Source of the DNA: Takakia lepidozioides
Taxonomy: Eukaryota; Plantae; Bryophyta
Length of the DNA: 64,000 nucleotides
Assembly (NCBI GenBank): GCA_030704615.1
Contig: CM060732.1
Span: 48,732,001-48,796,000, forward strand
Direction: 5' to 3'
Position 1 is the stretch's first letter. Each line of letters begins with the position of its first letter. Of the stretch, positions 11,575-23,474 are shown one piece after another. The translations under genes and the position numbers were made by a program. Below the pieces are notes generated by a model. It ran no database searches and had not been told where the DNA came from. It was given only the letters and a program-made list of their open reading frames with translations.

Positions 11575-13445
11575 ACCTATCTTATTTGTGAAGAAGAAGG
11601 ACGGATCGTTACGCATGTGTGTGGACTATCGTGGGCTCAACAAAGTCACTATAAAAAATCGTTACCCACTACCGCTAATTTTCGGACTCCTCGAACAATT
11701 TGGACGAGCAAATTTTTTCACAAAGATCGACTTGAGAGGAGCTTATAACCTTATACGAATAAAAGAAGGAGACGAATGGAAGACTGCTTTTCGCTCAAGG
11801 TATGGAACCCCAGTTCAAGGTCGGAGATCGTGTGTGGCTTCTTCGACGGAAAATAAAAACCTCGCGACCATCAAAGAAGTTGGATTATCAACGCCTGGGC
11901 CCATTCAAAATTAATCGACAAATAAATCCGGTCAGCTTTCGGCTTAAACTCCCACGAAGTATGCGCATCCATCTAGTCTTTTATGTTTCATTATTAAAGT
12001 TGTATCATCCATCGAATATTCCAGGGAGAGTCTCCGTACCACCTCCATCAATCGAAGTCAATCATGAAATTGAGTATGAAGTCGACGAAGTTCTAGTCTC
12101 TCGCATCAAGTATAAACGTCTTGAGTATTTCGTACATTGGAAAGACTACGACATCAACGAACGAACGAACGAACGTGGGAACCTTCATCCAACCTCGCCA
12201 ATGCATCTGACAAAGTCCAAGAGTTTTATCAACGATATCCAGCTAAGCCCTGAGCTACACGTCAATAAGACGTCACAACGATGATGTCAGTCAAGTTAGC
12301 TTCAAGATGAAGACTCCACATTCGATGTACGTGATACACGCTAAGGAGGGAGGAGCACCATACATCAGTATATATAGCTACACTTCCAGCACTCTTGCAT
12401 CTTGTATTGGCAGTATGGAGTCACATAAACCAGATACATTGGAGTTGTCACTTACCCAGCTACCAGATCAGCCGTTCCGACTCTCATGACCTTCAACATC
12501 ACGCCGATGCTCTCGAGACGATGGGCCACCAATGTGACGCGTACTTCCTCGTCTAAACCCCGTACGACGACAAGTGGAGCCTACTCGAAGCCTGATAATT
12601 CTGTTGGAGGTTGAGGCTTCGGACCCAGAGGGCAACGAAATCATGTTTGAAGGCAGCTTCGAATATCAGAATGCTCAAATCATTGCGTGGTCCCAAATTC
12701 AAGGTGTTGGACACTATCGATGGTTGCATGGACCTATAAATCATTTGAGTCAAGAACGAAGAGCCGAATACTTGGCAAGTACCATTCGCCGGATTTTGGA
12801 TTTTTTCCAACTCTAAGCAAATCCAAGATTTTACCGCTCCTCGAAGAACTTGGCGCTAGAGGAGGGGGTGATGTCATGGACATAGCCCAGATGAACTTAC
12901 CAGGAGTAAATACCAGAAGTTACCATGACTTACCGTGATTTATCATGATCTACTACCATTACTTACCAAGTTTCCGGGAGTTTACCAAATTACCAAGAGT
13001 AACTTGGGAAACTGCTCAGTAAGCTGTTTTTGGAGGAAACTTCTCCATCAAGATACCTCATTTGTTTAAGCCAGCAAGGAACCTCCATAGGGGAAGCTTC
13101 TTAGGGAAGCTTCTTAGTAGCCAGTATATATAGGAGGCGAGACTGGACATTCTTCAGTCTCGCCAACACCAGTTCAAGCTACTCTTGTTTCCAGTTCCCA
13201 ATACTCCAGTCCAGTTCCCAGTATTCTAGCCCAGTTTCCAGTATCTGGTACTCTAGTCTAGTTTCCAGCATTCCAGTATTCAAGTCGTGTTCCAATATCT
13301 TGTACTCTTGCTCATTGTTATAAAGATCGTCTTGATTCCTATTTACTCATCATGCATTCGGCCACGCCGACCTTGACTTCTTGTCTAGCCTTGTACATCT
13401 AGTTTTATCTCTTGTTTGTGTTCAATCATGTTCTCGTTCTTGACA
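11575..13445 (+). mobile_element. Internally deleted Ty3/gypsy chromovirus (Tcn1-like) remnant with 3' LTR
   Basis: RT N-part ([16 protein letters not shown]...KIDLRGAYN...WKTAF) joined at ~11805 to the integrase GPY/F tail and chromodomain (EYEVDEVL...EYFVHWKDY). PPT AGAGGAGGGGG 12858-12868. Confidence 0.9.
12872..13445 (+). repeat. LTR (574 bp)
   Basis: TGTCA...TGACA termini just after the PPT, TATA-like TATATATAG ~13125, internal CCAGT-rich tandem repeats 13190-13285. Confidence 0.8.
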
Positions 13446-14228
13446 GGCCCACTCAATGAGATTTTTCCCTTAACAACTGAAATCTGACGATTATTCGTTC
13501 TTAAAAAAATGTCATTACGTGTGCACATGACACCTCATTCTATCCTAGACATACTCACAACTGCTATGTCTACGACATACATATGACTCTTAGTCACATG
13601 TGAACAATGACATGTCATCGCATTGTAGACATACAATCAACTGTAAGTCGTAAGTCCCATCTTTGTCACCATGGTCAATTACAGTTGACCTTCGAGGACC
13701 AGTCATGGAGTTAGGTGTGAATGCGGATAATATTTTATCCATTTTCAATTTCTTCCATGATTATGTAGTCATGCATTTAGTCATATCTACCACAGCTAAG
13801 GAAAAGCCCCAATCATAAAATGGCATTTCTGTTGTAGTGTTTGGTTCATCAAACATCCCCTTGAGGGGTTGCAATTTGATCCTGGCGAGTAGAATTGGAT
13901 GGACAGCTCTAAATCCCATTTCTTTGCATACACGGTAAAAAAAAAGATATTCTCTGCTCTTGCCCTCTCCTGTTCTTTACCATGAGTAAATGACAACACA
14001 AATGGAGGACACGCTCGTTGAGTGGCAATGAATGGGACTCGGGTCTCAAAGGACATACGGAGGAAAGACCAAACAACCAAGGTCTCAGTTGGGGATTGCT
14101 ATTCCGTGAGCAGAAAATTCCATGAGCAAAAATCTGCTCACCTATAACCGTGGACACCTATTCGGCTTAGAAGACCTATTAATGCGCAGAGTGGCCCGTA
14201 TTACATGCATACCCACAAGCTCGGTTAT

Positions 14229-15630
14229 GGATGAATGAGGGATGAATGGCGGATGAATGTTTGTAGGACGAATGAGACATGGATGAATGTAATAAATGTA
14301 TGAATGGAATAATACAAAGCAGTTTTTTAGTACTGAATTGCCAAATCCCCGAGCTCCAGAACTCTGCTAGTCTTGCTTGCAAAATCAATTCTAAAAGTGC
14401 CGTTTATATGTTCAGCATTGCCAACAAGGAATTCACATTGTTTTTATGACGTGAGGAGGGTTGAGGTTGTCTTTTTCCCAAGTATCCAAGGTTGAGAGAG
14501 GGCTTACACCCAATTCCAAAGAAGGTACAGAAGTAAATTGGTGCTTTATAAAGAAACGTTTCAAAACAAATGATTCATTCCGACAACAAAGATCCACTGC
14601 TACAGGAGTTAATGTCCAAAACAAAGGCTGAACTGTCTATGAAGACACTAGCCCTAATCTGCACAAAACCACCTCTGTCGTAAAGCACAGGAGGGGGAGA
14701 TGAGAGGAGACTAAATCGTCCGCTGCCGCCTCTGCATAACATGACAACTCAAAATCTGTTTGCAAGTTTTTAAAAAAAAAACAAAATAAAAAAATCCGAT
14801 TATTTATTTATTTTTCCCCGAATGTGCCAGATTAAGGTGGCGTTGACGCCAGCTTAATCTGGCACCTTAATTGTTTTGTTTTTTTCCGAATGTGTCAGAT
14901 TAAGGTGGCGTTGATGACACCTTAATCTGGCTGGTCTTCTGGTGTGCTATTTGGGATGAATGACATCTACAAATTGCTCGGACTACATAACTTATGATTC
15001 GTTGTCATGTCCTTCTTCCAGGTGACCAGAAATCTATGCTGAGTAAACGCCAAGTTTTTTTCTTGCAAAGCATGGGTTGGGTTTTTTTGCAAGTTTTACA
15101 TCAAAAAAAAAAAAAATCCGTTTTTTTTTTTGTTTCTGAATGCGCCAGATTAAGGTGGCGTTGACGACACCTTTAGTCTGGCTGGTCTTCTGGTGTGCTA
15201 TTTGGGGTGAATGACATCTACAAATTGCTCGGACTACATAACTTATGATTCGTTGTCATGTCCTTTTTCCAGGTGACCAGAAATTCATGCTGGGTAAACG
15301 CTAGGTCTTTTGTTTGCAAAGCAGGGGTTCGGTTCATTTGTAAGTTTTTCAAAAAAATAAAAAATAAAAAAAATCCGTATTTTCTTTTTTCTTTTTTCTC
15401 GAATGTGCCAGATTAAGGTGGTCCTGCATGTGCGTAGGGATCCATGTGTTGTTGCGTTTAAATAAGTGTATTTTAATTTGGCGGAAGCTTAATTCCAGCC
15501 CAGAAGACCAACCAGATTAAGGTGTTGTTGCAGTCATCCATGGTTCATTTATCAGACCAATTTTTCATCCCACACTCATTCAACATTCATCCCTTCCCTT
15601 CTTTCATTCATCACAAATTCATTCATCCGG
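14229..15630. repeat. Composite repeat: ~250-bp tandem units with palindromic core, flanked by inverted GGATGAATG / CATTCATCC tracts (probable non-autonomous DNA element)
   Basis: GAATGYGYCAGATTAAGGTGG recurs at ~14820, 14888, 15138 and 15401. 14888-15130 is near-identical to 15138-15390. Core GCCAGATTAAGGTGGCGT-tg-ACGCCAGCTTAATCTGGC forms a hairpin. Confidence 0.7.
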
Positions 15631-15879
15631 CAGCTTTTCATCGCACATTCGTACCACATTGTCGTCATGGAGGCTGTCTGTCTTCGGTCCGATGGAGAGG
15701 AGATTGCGTCCATGTAGTGGAGTTTGTGTCCACGGCAATATGCCATTTTTTTCCCTCGATTGTAGGCTCCGCTTCACTAATCTGCTCATGCTTACAATCT
15801 GCTCACGCTTAAGGGATTCTGCTCACGTTTACCACGCAAAGTGTGAGCGTGCTCACGGGTTCTGCTCGCACAGTAGCTG

Positions 15880-16935
15880 CCCTCGGTCTCAGCTTTCTTT
15901 TGGAAAGTGGCTCATAGGATTCTGTCAGTTAATGTTATGATGCAGGATGGCCCTCAACATTGCTCCATCTGCCTCCGGGATCAGGACACTTTAGAACAGT
16001 ACTTGGTGCTCTGTCCCACAACACACAACATATGGGGGACTATACTTCATTTCTATTTCCAACTGGACGACACTTCCTCTCCCCCCTCTCCCCCCCCTTC
16101 ATTCCTTTTGCTTAATATTCAATTTGGCCAGACCTTGCTGACCTGCCCAATTTGGGCTTGCATTAGGGTCCATACCCTGTGGATTTTGTGGAAAACCAGA
16201 TATTTATGCATGTACCAGGGGAGCATCAGAGCAATTTTTTACTTTAATATCTACTTTGATCTTAAGATTGAAGGGAGAAAAGCATGGGTATCCATTTGTG
16301 CAGCTATTCCCAAGTCTTCGGACAACACAGTGCTCAGCTCCTCCAGGAATTCGATCTCACATAGTGCAAGGGCGCCCTGCTCGGCTCCCGTGTTTCCTAC
16401 TTAGTTCGATACAAAGAACCGTCCCCAAGCAATGGCAAAACTCCCGGTGAGGGCGATGACAGAGAATATAACTGGAGACACAGACACTCCTGAGACCCTG
16501 CCCATCTCATGTTTTAGATATGGCTTCTTGCTACTGGACTTTGTTTCCTGTTATTGGATTATGTCACTTTAGCTCTTACTCCTGGTACTTGGTTACTTCA
16601 GTTCTTCTCCTCATTCACTGGTGGTATGGATCAAGACTGATATTTCTCATAATCACCCTCCCATACTCTACTAGGTAGCATCTCTTTTCTCTACACTCCA
16701 AACTCACACCCCCCCCCCCCCCCCCCCCTCTATTCCCACTCTTCCTCGCTCGGATCTTTCAGTTGCATCTTCGTCATATTCCGCTTCTTAGTTCTATTGG
16801 CTGTGGTGATCACGGGGAGATTCCCCACTGTAAGCCTTCACAGCCCCAAGTAGTTATTTTTCCACCTTTTTGTAACTTTCTTTATTAATTTGATTACAAG
16901 GGCCTCTGTCCCCTTTCGTTATTAAAAAAAAAAAA
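15880..16935 (+). mobile_element. 5'-truncated L1-type LINE (zf-RVT end, 3'UTR, poly-A)
   Basis: AFFWKVAHRILSVN...CSIC...DTLEQYLVLCP...IW...LWILWKTR motif, followed by poly-C 16709-16727 and an A12 tail 16924-16935. Confidence 0.75.
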
Positions 16936-17776
16936 CTCTTTCAAAGTAACCTCGCAATGAGTTATCGCTCAAGAAACCAGAGTGCCTGGTAGCCAGGATT
17001 TGAACCCAGGCACACTTGCGTCGCAAGAGAGCCAGGCGCATTATTGCAACAGAAATCATCAGTTGTTAGCATGGATGACAGAAAGCCCGCGGAACTTACC
17101 GGATGAGAAAGGGAGATTAACCCTGAGGTAATTGACTTGACCCAATTAGGAGCAGTGGAAATCCCTGTCATATTTACCAGCCCGCTGAGCCATCCCGCAT
17201 GGCCTGCGACGTCGTGGATGGGAACAAGAGGGATCCAAACCCTCAGTGTCTGAATGTTCGAGGAAACAATCCGTGGAAATTCTTGGAATGATGACGAGGA
17301 CGTGGAGATGATGATGATACAGTGGCGTGCTTTGGTGATGATGCCGCTGCAGTAAGTTAACAGATTTTGACTGTGCGCGATGATGCTGCCACGGCCTGCT
17401 CCATGCTGTAAACAAGATTAGTGTTACTCGATGCCCTGGGACCTTCCTGTTGACCTTCAACCCCTAGTCTTCGTCTCCGTTGGGAGCCAGAGCTACAGAC
17501 CATGTTGCCTGCGCCATCACACAGAGGAGGAACGATCACGTAATGTAGCCCCTGAGCAGGGTGGGGGATTTGAGTAGCCAACGCGGAAACTAGCGTTTGC
17601 GCGCTCCAGAAGCGGAGCTTGGAGAGGGTCGGAGAGAAAGGGCCCGACATAGCCCTGCTCAGGTGCACAGTCGGTACTCGCCGGAAGATTTGAGTTGGAA
17701 TTACTTGTGGATCACGTCGTCGTGTGAGGAAGTTGCATACTGGGTTTCCTGACGGTGCAGAGCTAGAGATTCAGTC

Positions 17777-20700
17777 ATGGCAGGTCGATACGACAGCAAC
17801 CCGTTTGATGAGGACGAAGTTAATCCGTTTTCGGTGAGTGCTATGGTGCGGATGGATGTTTCAAATGTGCTGTTGTGTTTCACTTGTTCATATTTGTGTG
17901 TTATGGAAGTGAGGCTGCTTGCATCGAGTCGACTGCCCAAGCCTATTTTGTAAACAGTAAATAAGAACTTTGATGCAAGGCCGAGTGTAGTCTTTTCGAT
18001 TCGGGTTTAACATCAGGGATACGCCACACCAACTGCAAAATGAAGCAGATCGAGCTTTCCGAGGGTTTGTTCTTTGAGACCTGGTACCCTAACTACAGAG
18101 CAGATGTGTGAGGGAATCTTTTTGAGGCGACCTATTTGCCAAAAGATTGTAGAGTCCTCTGAGGTAAGCAGCATCGTTTGTTTACTTAATTCTATTGTAA
18201 AGTCTCCCTGATCTACGTCCAGGTGATTGCTTATGAGTGGCGACTCAACTTTAGTCTATGCTGGACGGTTAGGGTTGACGGATTAACTCACATGTGTGCC
18301 CATATTCAGCTGCAATTGCTCAGAGTTGGTTTTTGGATGTCTGCAATCCATTGGGGTCCTGCCAACACGACAAGGAGTAGGGAAGGAGTAGAAAGTGTCT
18401 ACTTATGGTCTTTGATATTGTTATTGCTGATCTCATGTTCCCACTCCTTCATCGGTTAGTTATATTAGAGTGGGTAATATCATTGCCTGGGTCCTTTGGA
18501 TGAAGGAGGATGTTGGTTTTCTACTCCACTGCTACTTTCTGGGACAGGTCTTGGAAGGCAGGGAGTTCTAAAATGGCTTGTTGGCTAAAATGCACAGGAT
18601 CCTGTTGTGCGGGCTCAAGCAGCAGGAAAAACATCGCAATTCGGTGGCTCCTTTTTTGACCAGGTACATACATTACTCTCTTTCTGAATTTTGCTGCACA
18701 CATATTTCATGAAGCACGGAAGAGGTGAGGATTCTGACCCCAGAGTGTGAACTGTCCATGATGGGTAGGTTTTCATTATTGCAGAGCTGATGACCCCCTG
18801 GAAGTCTATCCCATTTTTTTTTTAATGATCTTCCAAGTTCTGCATATAGTCTTTATAATCTACATGTGTCAGTAAGCAGAAGTCCATGTTGGAAGGGTAC
18901 TGTGCATCTGCTCACAGACGAATTATGTGGGGTGTGCAGAAAGTGCCACAGGTGTCCAATTCACGGCTTTCACCTCTTCCACATGAACCAGCTTTTGCAA
19001 ACTCAGCTGCAGCCAATGATGCCACTGTTGAGATTCCTCTTGGGGGTGCAAAAGTAAGCTGGTCATGCATATGGCATTGCATGGAAATGCTTGATTGGTG
19101 TATCTTTTCCTGGTTACGCCCTAGTGTATTTAGGTTTTTCATAAAGCTCCGATAGGATGATTGCCGTATAGTTAAGATAGCCTTGTTGTCTGGTGGGTGT
19201 TCTCAATTCTTACTCCCTGATGGTCATCAGTATTTCAGGAAAGGCTGCCTATGGTAATGTTGAAATGAAAGTTACATCAGGGACTTGTTTGACATCAGGA
19301 ACTGAAGAAGAAGGAACAGGAGCTGAAAGCCAAGGAGAATGCCTTACAAAAGAAAGAACAGGTTTATCTGTGCTTCTCTGTCTGTATATGTTCTATTTTG
19401 TTCGTTGAGATTGTCATAAGATTTTGCAGTTAGTTATTTAGTATGTTGGTGGAATGCGCAACTTATGTTGTGCAGCTTCAGTTGCATAGCCTGATTTTGT
19501 CATGTATTCATGTGCTGTTGTAGGAATTGAAACGAAGAGAGGATGCTGCTGCAAGAGGTAGGGCATCTGGTTAACTTTAGTAGACAACAGGGATTACAGT
19601 TTGGTTTTCTTGTGCACATCTTTTTGTAATGACCACCACTCCTGGGAATGGTGGTTGAGTGTAGGATTAGTTGCCTGTGCTTAGAGCCTTGCTATGTACC
19701 TTGTCTAAATGCATAGAAGGCTTTACTAAGGATTGGTGCTTGAAATAATGCGTTTTCAATTAAAAGACCCTTAGATGGATCAGAAGGGCCATGACTGTAT
19801 CTGGTGTTGTGGTTGAAAATGTGCAGCGGGGATCTTAATAGAAGTGAAAAATTGGCCACCGCTCATCCCTATACTCCATCATGACATCGCCAATGATATC
19901 CCTGTTCATTTGCAGCGCATTCAGTACTTCGCCTATGGCAGTTGGTTAGGTATGAGGGACATATGGTAGTTAGTTCTCTAAAGGGGCTAGTATTTGAGGC
20001 TGGTATGTCTCCTCTGGAGTGCTTGTTTATGTATGGGCGGTGGTTGACCTTTTGTTCCTTCTAGTTTTGAAACCAGTTGTGGTGGAATGTGCAGTCGCTG
20101 AATATATAGTTTCTTGGTTGATTAAGTATTCTACGTCCAAGGGATTCTTGGTATGCTTGACTGAAGGAGGATTTTTCATGTTAGTTCTTAATCTGTTACG
20201 CTGGCATTCACTGGATATTTAACAGACTTCCAGACCCTACGTTGCCATTGTGAACCCAAGTCAAATATTGAGGCTCTTAGTGTCCTGTCCCTCTTTACAT
20301 TCTATGTTTCACAGTACTTGGTACTAGTAGGACAGCGATTATTCCTTGATCTCTCAAAACACACTCAAAAGCAGAGAAAGGCAGAGAATTATGGGTCCTG
20401 AGCTCACTCATCAACTTGTTTTTGGCTATCTGGGAGTAGGGACTGAGAGTGCCACCTCAATCAGTGCTTAATAGATGCATTGTTGTTGTTTCCAGGAATA
20501 ATGCTATGTCTGACATGGAACTTCATTTGCACAACTGTAGCCTGGATTTCAGGCACTGGTGGTACGTCGATTTTGGACTTGTTGCTTGCCGATCTCTCAT
20601 ATTCTTAGTCGAGGTTGAGAATCTCACTAAAGCTGTTGGAAAAGGTTCTGCAGGTCTTGTCCTTGTGGCATCATTGATTGAGAGGAATCTTTCTTGAGTT

Positions 20701-23474
20701 GAGGTGGAAACGCATGTTGCTGATATGAAATACAAATGCAGATGTGCAGATATGGTTCCTGGGTATGATCTATATGCTGTCAGGGTTTCCTGGGTCCTAC
20801 TTTTTGTGGTATAGGCCACTTTATCGTGCCATGAGGTATGAGCTTAATTCAATGGTGAAATGACTCCCTCACTGTCAAACTTTGCCTAAAAGTAGTGAGA
20901 ATCTGTGGCTGTCGGTGAGGTTATAGATGTCTCAGGCTTCACCTTCTACTTGTGTCACCACTCGCTGATTGTTGAACCATTTATGGTATGCTTGCTGGCT
21001 GTTTCTCACACAATGAGGGGGTTCCGTCGGAAATATAGGCTGGTGAAAATTTGGAAAGTGATGCAGGTGTATGGTGGTTACATTAGTCACATGCTAGTGT
21101 TTTGTATCTTATGATGTACTTGTGGAGTGCCAGAGAGGTCTACTCATTTGGTTTCCCCATTTTGTCTATGGTGAAATGGCAGGTCGCAGAGTGCATTGAA
21201 CTATGGGTGGTTCTTTCTTTTCTACTTCGTAAGTGTGATTTCTTTGGGAGTACTGAAATGCGAGTGTAAAAGGTCTAGAGAGGATGGAGTATCTTGAATT
21301 CTGCTGTTTTTGCAATTCTATGTACGGGTACCCTTTGGTGCGATTGGGTGGTCTGGAGTTCAGATTCTCTAATTGCTGATCGCTAGGCACGAACCCTTTA
21401 GAATTCTAGGAGGAACTGTTTTGTGGTTTTCCTGCGCTTCATGTGACTAATAAATTTGAAGTTGTCCGCTGAACTATGTGTGGTTATTATCGGCAGCTCC
21501 ACCTTTGCTTCTGCGCTCTGGCTGCTGTGGCACCTCCAATTGTCTTCAAAGGGAAATCCTTGGCGTGAGTGGCCATTCAATCTCAATCTCAATCTGTAAT
21601 CTGTTGGTTCTTTGATCTGTATTCTCGTAGTGTGCCTTTTCTCTTACAAGGGTTGATCGAATGTCTTCTGTTTACAATGGGGTGTGTTTCCTAGTCTCTT
21701 TGTCCCCCTTAGCTGCACAGCAACTCCTTTTCATCTTGCATTTGCCTTTGGTGGGCATAGAATCACAGGGATGTGATTGCATTGTTAGAATGTCTCTCCT
21801 TGGGGATGTTCCAGACACCCTCACTGGGAAAGTAAATCACCTGTGATTACCTTTCTTTTTCACTATAATCAGCAATTACGAGGAATGCATTCCACAGGAA
21901 TTATGTAGTGATGAGAAGGGTCGATAGGAAGGCCATAATTTATACACGGCCATAATTTATCCACAAGTGTCTGAAAGATTTCCCAAGTTCTTGGGACTTT
22001 TTCTGGACCATGCCTATGAGAACAGGGTGTGGAGGAGCAGCGAATCCTGGCTGCAGTAACCAGAAAGATGGGGACTTTCTTGTGCTTCTGAAGCCTTTAA
22101 CATTGCATTGGGCGCATGCTATTCAGTTGTAACACAATCCTGCCTACAAATGTGACATTTAAGCGTCTTTCTATCTTCTCCTTTCCTACCTACATGGCAG
22201 AAATGCTCTCCTTAGCACATCTTTTACTCAGATCTGTCAAGGATAAACTCATGTCCTCCTCATCTTTATGGAAGATGGGTTCTTGAAACTGGAAGCTAGG
22301 TTTTAAGGTATTGGAAACGCGTACTCAATACAGAGTGGATGAGAGTGAGCTAGAACTTCGGCTCTTAAAGGTTTGCAAGGTATCCTACATTTGATGTGAA
22401 AAGATGTTTTGAAGAGGATACCAGTCTACTGAATATTTGGTCCCTGATTTTTTGTTTTAGCTGGGTTGTAAGGGTTAGTGTGCTATGCACAATTCTTTCA
22501 TAGTTATATCCATGTCTACTGATTGGTTTGAGAGAACATGAGGTGGACAAATAAGGCTGTATGTAGATGGAGGTGAAGCTTGAACAATATGCTGTGTGGT
22601 GGATGTATACAGGGGAATATTACCTGCCATTGAGATCATCAGCAAGCATCTTGTGGCTGGGGTGAGTAGTATGCACTTTTCTTCCCTAGTTTGCTTGTAA
22701 TATGTTGTTGTAGTGATCATATATATTTTTCACATCTGTCAATTGTTTTGTTGATTAGGATGGTACTAAATGTACATACTGAGAATCATCTTCCTTTGCA
22801 GATCTTTTATCTGGTGGGCTTCATACTGTTCACCCTAGAAGGACTATTCAGCCTTTGGGTGCTGCAGGTATTTTCAAACTTATGTCTGTATTATGGTGCT
22901 TTTGTTGCTGGTAATGTGAGGGGAATTACTGGTGATGGATCACAAAAAAATTCAAGACTGAAAGTGAAGGAATTGCTTACAGCTTTGTGAAACTTTGAAT
23001 GGAAGACCTCCAGCCATTTTTCGTGAGTGTAGCCCTCAGCCCTCCTCGAGTCCCCCCGCAGCTGTATTGTCCTTGTGATTGTGTCATTGAGTACCTGGTC
23101 AACACTACCTATCCCAATGACTCATGTACTCCCTGAAACCTTACAATGTATCCATCTTCTTCCATAGGTATACTGGCACATGTGAAACTAGCAGCTTTTG
23201 TCTGCAGCTGGACAACTAGTGGATCATGAGGATATTCTGAATCAGATCCAGTGCTGTATTCTGAGGGAAAGGTTTGTTGAAGTCATAATGTTGGACCTGG
23301 AAATTGGTGATTTTGCTGGGATTCAGTAGTCAGATGGCTACTGACATGGAGCTGACATGTTTCTGGTGGCTTTGAATATGGTTGCAGAAAGTCTACAGCT
23401 ACTTTAGGGGCACTGGGAAAGCAGCAGACATGAAGCGAGAGGCAGCACAGGGTGCTTTCAGGGCTGCTATATGA
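17777..23474 (+). CDS. SCAMP: Secretory carrier-associated membrane protein; exons 17777-17833, 18940-19053, 19299-19361, 19524-19557, 19827-19949, 20496-20561, 20742-20835, 21183-21228, 21497-21564, 22613-22661, 22802-22867, 23388-23474
   Basis: [19 protein letters not shown] (NPF motifs), LSPLPHEP, coiled coil [18 protein letters not shown]...[10 protein letters not shown]-peptide [41 protein letters not shown]. All junctions GT-AG and in phase. Confidence 0.95.

Noticed and set aside
16985-17040. Reverse-strand B-box (GGTTCAAATCC), similar at ~2225
   Set aside because: No good A box or body; at most a decayed SINE head.
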